A DNA stretch of 64,000 bases, taken from assembly GCA_965227405.1 (NCBI GenBank), contig OZ245758.1:2804338-2868337 (forward strand), read 5' to 3'. The notes beneath the pieces were generated by a model. The model searched no databases and was not told the DNA's origin. It saw only the letters and a program-made list of their open reading frames with translations. Positions 58,447-64,000 of the stretch are shown here, in pieces. Source of the DNA: Polyangiales bacterium (lineage in GTDB: Bacteria; Myxococcota_A; Polyangia; Polyangiales; Houyiibacteriaceae). The translations under genes and the position numbers were made by a program. Position 1 is the stretch's first letter; each line of letters begins with the position of its first letter.

Positions 58447-59223
58447 GTGCCGCTCTTCGAGGTCCGCGAACTGGTGAAGTCCTTTGGCGACAACCACGTG
58501 CTGCGTGGTGTGGACCTGGACATTCACAAAGGCGAGGTGCTGACGATCATGGGTCAGTCCGGCTCTGGAAAGTCGGTGCTGATCAAGATGCTGATCGGTC
58601 TGATTCGCGCGGACTCGGGCACGATCTCCTTTGACGGTGAGAACGTGACCGACCTCGCCGAGCACGATTGGACGCCGGTGCGTCGTCGCGTCGGGATGCT
58701 CTTCCAGGAGTACGCGCTCTTTGATTCGATGAACGTGTTCGACAACGTCGCCTACGGGTTGCGTGAACAACGTTTGTTGCCCGAACCCGAAATCGTGGAA
58801 CGTGTCGCGGAGTCGCTAACGTCGGTGAGCTTGCCCGGGATCGAGCACATGTCGCCCAAGGATCTTAGTGGCGGGATGAAGAAGCGTGTTGCATTGGCGC
58901 GGGCGATTGCCGTGCGACCCGAAGTGGTTCTTTACGACGAACCCACCGAGGGCTTGGATCCGATCAATGTGACGCGGGTGGACCGACTGCTACTGGGGTT
59001 GCGCGATCGGCTTGGCATCACCTCGGTGATCGTGACGCACAACATGCGGAGTGCGTTCAAAGTCTCGGATCGTTTGGTGATGCTCCATGACGGCGAAGTG
59101 CAGCTTGAGGGGAAGCCCGACGAGTTCCGCGCGTACGCGAGCGATCCGGTCCTGAGCCCCTTTGTGGGTGCATCGCGGGTGACATTGAAGCCTCCGAGCC
59201 TCATTCCACCACCGCCTACGTGA
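58447..59223 (+). CDS. ABC transporter ATP-binding protein, MlaF-like
   Basis: 'GQSGSGKSVL', 'LSGGMKKRVALARA', 'VVLYDEPTEGLDP', 'VIVTHNM'. GTG start at 58447. Confidence 0.8.
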   Translation: MPLFEVRELVKSFGDNHVLRGVDLDIHKGEVLTIMGQSGSGKSVLIKMLIGLIRADSGTISFDGENVTDLAEHDWTPVRRRVGMLFQEYALFDSMNVFDNVAYGLREQRLLPEPEIVERVAESLTSVSLPGIEHMSPKDLSGGMKKRVALARAIAVRPEVVLYDEPTEGLDPINVTRVDRLLLGLRDRLGITSVIVTHNMRSAFKVSDRLVMLHDGEVQLEGKPDEFRAYASDPVLSPFVGASRVTLKPPSLIPPPPT

Positions 59224-60089
59224 AGGGCCTCCGGGAACTATTCGACGCGCGCGACGACGCGGCGTTTCGGCAAGGCGTCGAACTGGCTGTGGCTCTCGAT
59301 GACCCGGCTGCAGCACTTGCTGCGCTGGAGTGGTTTGACGGTCGTACGAACGCACGGGCGCAGTGGGCGCGGCTCACGTTGATGGCGCATTACGCGACGC
59401 ATGATTCGGCGATCGAAGAACGTGCATCGGAGGTGAAGCTGATCAACGGATGGTTTGCCGATTTTGATGTGTCCTTGCTGCGTGCGTTTCCGAACCTGCG
59501 TTACGTCCGAGTCGATCGACCCTTGGCGAATCTGGTTGAGATCGCAGCGCTCTCCCAGTTGCAATCCTTGGAGTTCAAAGGTGTGCACGTCGAGGATGCT
59601 TGCCTCGCCGCCATTCGTGATGCGGGAACGCTTGGGGAGCTGAATCTGATCGATGTGAAGGGTGGCTCGGTCGAGGCGTTGCGTGGTGCGAGTTTCGAGA
59701 CACTCCGGCTTGCGTGTTACCGAACACAAATCGATCCGAGTCCAATCGCTGACGTACAGGTGCGTTCGGATCTTCTGGTACGAGCCGTCGCGTCCGTCGG
59801 GTGTCTGGGGCAGAAGACCGACGCACGTACGGTTGTCTTGCAATTGATGGACTGGGGCAAGGGGTTGGCGATGCCAAACGCGGAAGACGTGATCTTCGGC
59901 CAGATGAAAGGCGCCATGGACGACCTGGCAACGTACCTCCCGCGTGTGGAGCGTTTGGTTGTCGAAGCTTGTCGTGACCTACGTCGGCTCGACTTTACGA
60001 AGCACGAACACCTTCGCGAGCTCGAGCTACGTCGAACGTACGGAGTGAAGACCATCGTCGAACCTCACGTGGAAGAAACGAAGGTCTAG
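59220..60089 (+). CDS. Hypothetical protein, leucine-rich-repeat-like
   Basis: GTG start overlapping the upstream stop. Repeated L-x-x-L-x-L patterns. Confidence 0.45.
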   Translation: MKGLRELFDARDDAAFRQGVELAVALDDPAAALAALEWFDGRTNARAQWARLTLMAHYATHDSAIEERASEVKLINGWFADFDVSLLRAFPNLRYVRVDRPLANLVEIAALSQLQSLEFKGVHVEDACLAAIRDAGTLGELNLIDVKGGSVEALRGASFETLRLACYRTQIDPSPIADVQVRSDLLVRAVASVGCLGQKTDARTVVLQLMDWGKGLAMPNAEDVIFGQMKGAMDDLATYLPRVERLVVEACRDLRRLDFTKHEHLRELELRRTYGVKTIVEPHVEETKV

Positions 60090-60237
60090 TTCGCGCTTCG
60101 CAGACGGAGCGGAATAAAGAATAGAGGAGAACTCTGCTACTCCTCTACTTCACTCCTCCCGGTACAATCATTCGCCCAAATCGCGGAACAGCTTCGCGGA
60201 CTGTGGTCACGCGACAGCGGGTCGAAATTTTATCACC

Positions 60238-60286
60238 TGAAGACGGGAAGACGAGAAGAGCACAACTTCCCGTCTTCCCGTCTTCA
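60238..60286. repeat. Perfect 16-bp-stem hairpin 'tgaagacgggaagacg...cgtcttcccgtcttca'
   Basis: Inverted repeat in the convergent 3' intergenic region. Not followed by a T-tract. Confidence 0.6.
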
Positions 60287-60433
60287 GGTAAAAACACTGA
60301 ACCAACACCTTCACGAACATCCAACATTGCGCATTGCTCATCTCACGTTGCGCATTGAGATTGAGATTGGGTCTGCTGCGCGCGCGGGCTCGTCATTCTC
60401 GATCTCATTGCGCGATGAGCACTGTGCAACCGA

Positions 60434-60547
60434 CATTTCCATTCCCTTTACCTTTCCCATTCCCACCAAGCAGTACGTGCGACCTCGGCGCGCTTGCGTC
60501 TCCCCAGCGGCTGGGCGGGAAAGGGAATGGGAACGGGAATGGAAATG
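60434..60547. repeat. Long imperfect inverted repeat ('catttccattccc...' / '...gggaatggaaatg')
   Basis: About 34-nt arms separated by about 45 nt. Generates spurious GNGNGKG ORFs on both strands. Confidence 0.55.
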
Positions 60548-60781
60548 AAGGCGCTCCGCGTCGTGACAAGACGGCTTCGCGGACAAGTCGAACGCAACTA
60601 GCAACTGAGAGCACGGACCAGAGAATAGACAACACGGACCGCCGGAGCGTCGTGCGCTTCGCGCGATCCGTGTTCTGAATCCTCTGTTCCCGTGTTCGCA
60701 GCTCCTAGTTGCGTTCAACGCGCAAACAGCTTCGCGGACATGCAGAGCTTCCGGATCCGCGAAGCGGAATGCCCACACCGC

Positions 60782-62098
60782 TCACTGAATGCGTTCGCGA
60801 CCGCCAACGTACGGACGCAAGGCTTCCGGGATCACGACGCTTCCATCCTCTTGCTGGCACTGCTCCAGGATCGCCACAAGCGTACGCCCAATCGCGAGAC
60901 CCGAACCGTTGATGGTGTGCACCGGTTGCGGCTTGGTCTTGGGCGCCGGTCGGTAGCGCGCCTTCATGCGACGCGCCTGAAAATCACCGAACCAACTGCA
61001 GCTGCTGATCTCGCGATACGCGTCCTGACCGGGCAACCACACCTCGATGTCGAAACACTTCTTGGCACCAAAGCCCATGTCTCCAGCACACAGCTCCATG
61101 ACGCGATAGTGCAGACCGAGCTTCTGCAAAATCGTTTCGGCGTGCTTGGTCAACAGCTGATGCTGCTCCAACGCTTGGTCCGGCGTGCAAAAGCGCACCA
61201 ACTCCACTTTGTCGAACTGGTGTTGGCGAATCATGCCGCGCGTGTCCTTGCCGTAGCTGCCCGCCTCGCTGCGAAAACAAGGTGTGTAGGCGGTGTACGC
61301 GATGGGTAGATCTGCGCCGTCCAAGATCTCGTCGGCATGAAAGTTCGTCACCGGAACTTCGGCCGTCGGAATCAGGTAAAGATCGATCGCCTGCGCGTCG
61401 TTGGCCTCTGCCCACTGCTCGTCTTTGGCAATCCGAAACAACGCGTCGGCGAACTTGGGAAGCTGGCTCGTTCCGCGCAGCGAGTTGTTGTTGACCAACG
61501 CAGGCGGCCAAAGCTCTTCGTAACCGTGTTCGTCGACGTGCACGTCCAACATGAACTGCAGCAAGCCACGTTCGAGTCGCGAACCCATTCCGCGCAACAC
61601 GTTGAACCGCGCGCCGGTCATCTTCACCGCGCGTTCGAAATCGATGATGCCCAACCCTTCGCCGATCTCGACGTGGTCCTTGGGCTTGAAGCTCATCGCG
61701 GGCTTGTCGCCCCAGATGCGCACCTGCACGTTCTTGCTCTCGTCGAGGCCGTCCGGCGTGGACTCGTGCGGAAGGTTGGGGAGCGCCAGCATCGCGTCTT
61801 CGAGTTCGACTTTGACTGCACGTTCACGTTCCTCGAGTTGCTTGAGCTGATCGCCTAGCTCGCGAAGCGCGGCACGCTTCTGTTGAAACTCGTCGGACTT
61901 CTTGTCCTTGATTTTGCCCATCTCCGAACTCGCGGAGTTGCGTTGCTGTCGAAGCGACTCGGCTTCCGTGATCACCTTGCGCCGTTCCTCGGTCAGCTTG
62001 CCGAGGCGGTCGAGCGCTTCGGAATCCGTAAAGCCCCGTCGCGCGAGCTGCTCGCGCACGAGGTCGAGATTCTCGCTCACCAATCGGAGATCCAGCAT
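60782..62098 (-). CDS. serS: Seryl-tRNA synthetase
   Basis: N-terminal coiled-coil 'MLDLRLVSENLDLVREQLARRG'. Class II motifs 'FRSEAGSYGKDTRGMIRQHQFDKVE' and 'GSGLAIGRTLVAILE'. Confidence 0.9.
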   Translation of the reverse strand: MLDLRLVSENLDLVREQLARRGFTDSEALDRLGKLTEERRKVITEAESLRQQRNSASSEMGKIKDKKSDEFQQKRAALRELGDQLKQLEERERAVKVELEDAMLALPNLPHESTPDGLDESKNVQVRIWGDKPAMSFKPKDHVEIGEGLGIIDFERAVKMTGARFNVLRGMGSRLERGLLQFMLDVHVDEHGYEELWPPALVNNNSLRGTSQLPKFADALFRIAKDEQWAEANDAQAIDLYLIPTAEVPVTNFHADEILDGADLPIAYTAYTPCFRSEAGSYGKDTRGMIRQHQFDKVELVRFCTPDQALEQHQLLTKHAETILQKLGLHYRVMELCAGDMGFGAKKCFDIEVWLPGQDAYREISSCSWFGDFQARRMKARYRPAPKTKPQPVHTINGSGLAIGRTLVAILEQCQQEDGSVVIPEALRPYVGGRERIQ

Positions 62099-62139
62099 GG
62101 CGCGTGCATAGCACTCGCCGCCGCGGTAGGACACCAGCG

Positions 62140-63201
62140 ATGCAGGTTCGTCGCGATGTGGCTCTGGCGCCGATGACGACGCTCCAGCTCGGCGGTGCGG
62201 CCGAGTACTTTCTCGACGCCCAAAGCACTAACGAGCTCGTGGCAGGCCTCCAGTGGGCGCAAGAGCACGGGCACGACGTTTCGATCGTGGGTGGTGGCTC
62301 GAACCTCGTGGTGCCGGACGAAGGCGTCCGTGGCCTGGTCATCCGCCTGAGCTCCAAAGGCGTTGAGATCCAAAACGCTCGCATTAAGGTCCAGGCCGGC
62401 GAGGACTGGGACGCGTTTGTGCAGCGCACCGTCGCCGAGAACTGGGCGGGCCTTGAGTGTCTTAGCGGCATTCCCGGTTTCGTCGGTGCGTCGCCCGTGC
62501 AGAACGTGGGCGCGTACGGACAAGACGTATCCGAAACCATCGTCGAGGTGGGCGTGCTCAATCCGCGTACGCTCGAGCGTCACACCTTGGACAACGAAGC
62601 GTGCGCATTCGCGTATCGCGACAGCGACTTCAAACGAAACCCACACCAGTGGATCGTTGTCGACGTCACCTTCGCGCTTCGTGCGGGCGGTGCACCCGCT
62701 ATCCGCTACGCGGAACTGAAAAAGAACATCGGTGCGGATGCATCACTTGCGCATACACGCGAGACGATCATTGCGTTGCGTCGTCGCAAGTCGATGGTGA
62801 TCGATCCCGCCGATCCCAATAGCCGTTGTGCGGGGAGCTTTTTCACCAACCCCTTTGTGAGCCCCGAACATGCAGAGCGCCTTGTTGCGGACGCTCTTGC
62901 CGAAGGGGTGGTTGACGATCCGTCGCAGGTTCCGCGTTGGCCGGAGGGTGAGCGCGTCAAGTTGGCAGCGGGTTGGCTGATCGAACGCGCCGGCTTTGCC
63001 AAAGGAACGAAGCGTGGAAACGTCGGTCTCAGTACCAAACACGCTCTCGCCTTAGTGCATCACGGTGGCGGAACCACGCGTGAGCTACTGGCGTTTGCAG
63101 CCGAGGTTCAGTCTGGAGTGCGCGAGCGTTTCGGCGTCGATCTGGAGCGTGAACCGCGGTTGTTAGAACCGCTTATCCGTAACGAGAAAGCTGGCGCGTA
63201 G
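62140..63201 (+). CDS. murB: UDP-N-acetylenolpyruvoylglucosamine reductase
   Basis: 'APMTTLQLGGAAEYF', FAD-binding 'IVGGGSNLVV', C-terminal MurB domain. Confidence 0.85.
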   Translation: MQVRRDVALAPMTTLQLGGAAEYFLDAQSTNELVAGLQWAQEHGHDVSIVGGGSNLVVPDEGVRGLVIRLSSKGVEIQNARIKVQAGEDWDAFVQRTVAENWAGLECLSGIPGFVGASPVQNVGAYGQDVSETIVEVGVLNPRTLERHTLDNEACAFAYRDSDFKRNPHQWIVVDVTFALRAGGAPAIRYAELKKNIGADASLAHTRETIIALRRRKSMVIDPADPNSRCAGSFFTNPFVSPEHAERLVADALAEGVVDDPSQVPRWPEGERVKLAAGWLIERAGFAKGTKRGNVGLSTKHALALVHHGGGTTRELLAFAAEVQSGVRERFGVDLEREPRLLEPLIRNEKAGA

Positions 63202-63237
63202 CGTCACGCGTAACACACGAGTGTTACGCGTGACGCT
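63202..63237 (+). terminator. Perfect palindrome 'gcgtcacgcgtaacac-acgag-tgttacgcgtgacgc' immediately after the murB stop
   Basis: 16-bp stem, 4-5-nt loop. No downstream U-tract, so only a weak intrinsic-terminator candidate. Confidence 0.35.
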
Positions 63238-63425
63238 GCGCGCCAGCCTGCTTACGTCGGACATGCTGCGCAATCGCAGCAACCAAAAACGCAACGATCA
63301 CGCTGCGTTCCCGAAGAGAACCATGCGTGCGCGGGAACGGGAACGAAGCTGAAAGAATCGGATGAACTGAGTCATTGGGGTCTCCTTGTTTGAGTTGCCC
63401 CAAGTCAATGCATCCTGCGTGCCAG

Positions 63426-63950
63426 CTATCTGAACGCGCCCTGGGTGCGACCCTTCACAAATCCGCTGAGCCATCGCGCAGCACGCGTGAGGTCCTCGGC
63501 GTTGAGGTTGCCGGGCAGTTCGAGCATCGCCATCCCGCGTCGAGTTCGGAGCGTCAAGTTTCCAAGAGACACGATCGTGTTGAAGGTCTGCGGATCAAAC
63601 AGACCGTCCGGCGGTGTTGGTTCTGGGACGCCGTTGACGAAACGCAGTGCGAGATCTGGAACGTCGCGATGCAGCTCCGCACGAAGCGCGAAGTAGACAC
63701 CGTGCGCGTAACTAACAGCCAACGCGCGCACGCGTGACGCTCCCATTTCAAGGTCGGTGAACGGGGCAATGCGTGAGCCCCACGATCCTTGTGGCGGGAT
63801 GAACCGGCCTGGCAATTGGTTAAGCGTCTGCACGTGCTGCATGCCGTACGCTGCGACTTGGGCGGTCGCATCCATGGCCAGGCTCAAACGCGCCGTTTCG
63901 ATGAGCACACCACTGAAGGTGAGTTGCACCTCAGCCGCCGAGCAGTCCAC
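63426..63950 (-). CDS. Hypothetical protein (174 aa)
   Basis: ORF with high-GC codon bias. No family recognised. Confidence 0.4.
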   Translation of the reverse strand: MDCSAAEVQLTFSGVLIETARLSLAMDATAQVAAYGMQHVQTLNQLPGRFIPPQGSWGSRIAPFTDLEMGASRVRALAVSYAHGVYFALRAELHRDVPDLALRFVNGVPEPTPPDGLFDPQTFNTIVSLGNLTLRTRRGMAMLELPGNLNAEDLTRAARWLSGFVKGRTQGAFR

Positions 63951-64000
63951 GCGTGGATTCCCGAGCGCGCGTAAGCTGCGACGTGGGCGCGACGAAAGCA

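Noticed and set aside
60090-60330. tRNA or other structured RNA gene in the low-GC intergenic regions
   Set aside because: No GTTCRANYC T-loop or cloverleaf-compatible arrangement found. The hairpins look like repeat elements rather than RNA genes.
60334-60678. ORFs encoding GNGNGKGNGN-type repeats on both strands
   Set aside because: Produced by the long inverted repeat 'catttccattccc.../...gggaatggaaatg'. Symmetric on both strands and non-coding in character.

Overview
This is a high-GC (about 68-70 %), gene-dense bacterial chromosome segment, read from sequence only. No rRNA, tRNA or CRISPR array was found.

Taxonomic inference: two proteins end in a MYXO-CTERM-type tail (Gly/Cys-rich + TM + RRR), and there are seven eukaryotic-like Ser/Thr kinase (STPK) genes, two FHA-domain sigma-54 enhancer-binding proteins, and many lipoproteins with 'CGDDD' N-termini. 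Together these point to a Myxococcota (Myxococcales-like) genome.

What the window encodes: mostly signalling and housekeeping.
- A long RelA/SpoT homologue sits directly upstream of two tandem STPKs.
- A small HD-domain alarmone-hydrolase-like protein is also present.
- A small membrane protein, an FHA-sigma54 activator, an STPK and a CheY-like response regulator form one operon.
- A second FHA-sigma54 activator is followed by rpe.
- Two response regulators are present (one with DUF4388, one with a degenerate GGDEF).
- Housekeeping genes: dapF, hemW, sixA, mutY, serS, murB, greB, an ABC-2 exporter pair and an MlaF-like ATPase.
- Cell-wall enzymes: an L,D-transpeptidase and an M15 peptidase.
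- A large TPR protein and a large secreted lipoprotein with esterase motifs.

Best candidates for something undescribed:
1. A tightly coupled four-gene minus-strand operon (2020-7366). It is built around a RavA/MoxR-class AAA+ ATPase, with three large partner proteins of no recognisable family. One partner carries a roughly 40-residue poly-Asp/Glu run, and there is no obvious ViaA-type VWA partner.
2. A low-GC islet (30.0-31.15 kb). A 122-aa ORF with atypical codon usage is bracketed by two about 100-bp, about 95 % identical palindromic repeats, and the islet shares an exact 24-mer with a second hairpin-dense intergenic region at 60.1-60.8 kb (reverse complement).
3. Several of the STPKs have degenerate catalytic loops (HADLSPEN, HRDVSPPN, HLDLKPDN), suggesting pseudokinase or scaffold roles.

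Many long opposite-strand ORFs in the six-frame track are Arg-rich shadow ORFs typical of high-GC DNA and were rejected.
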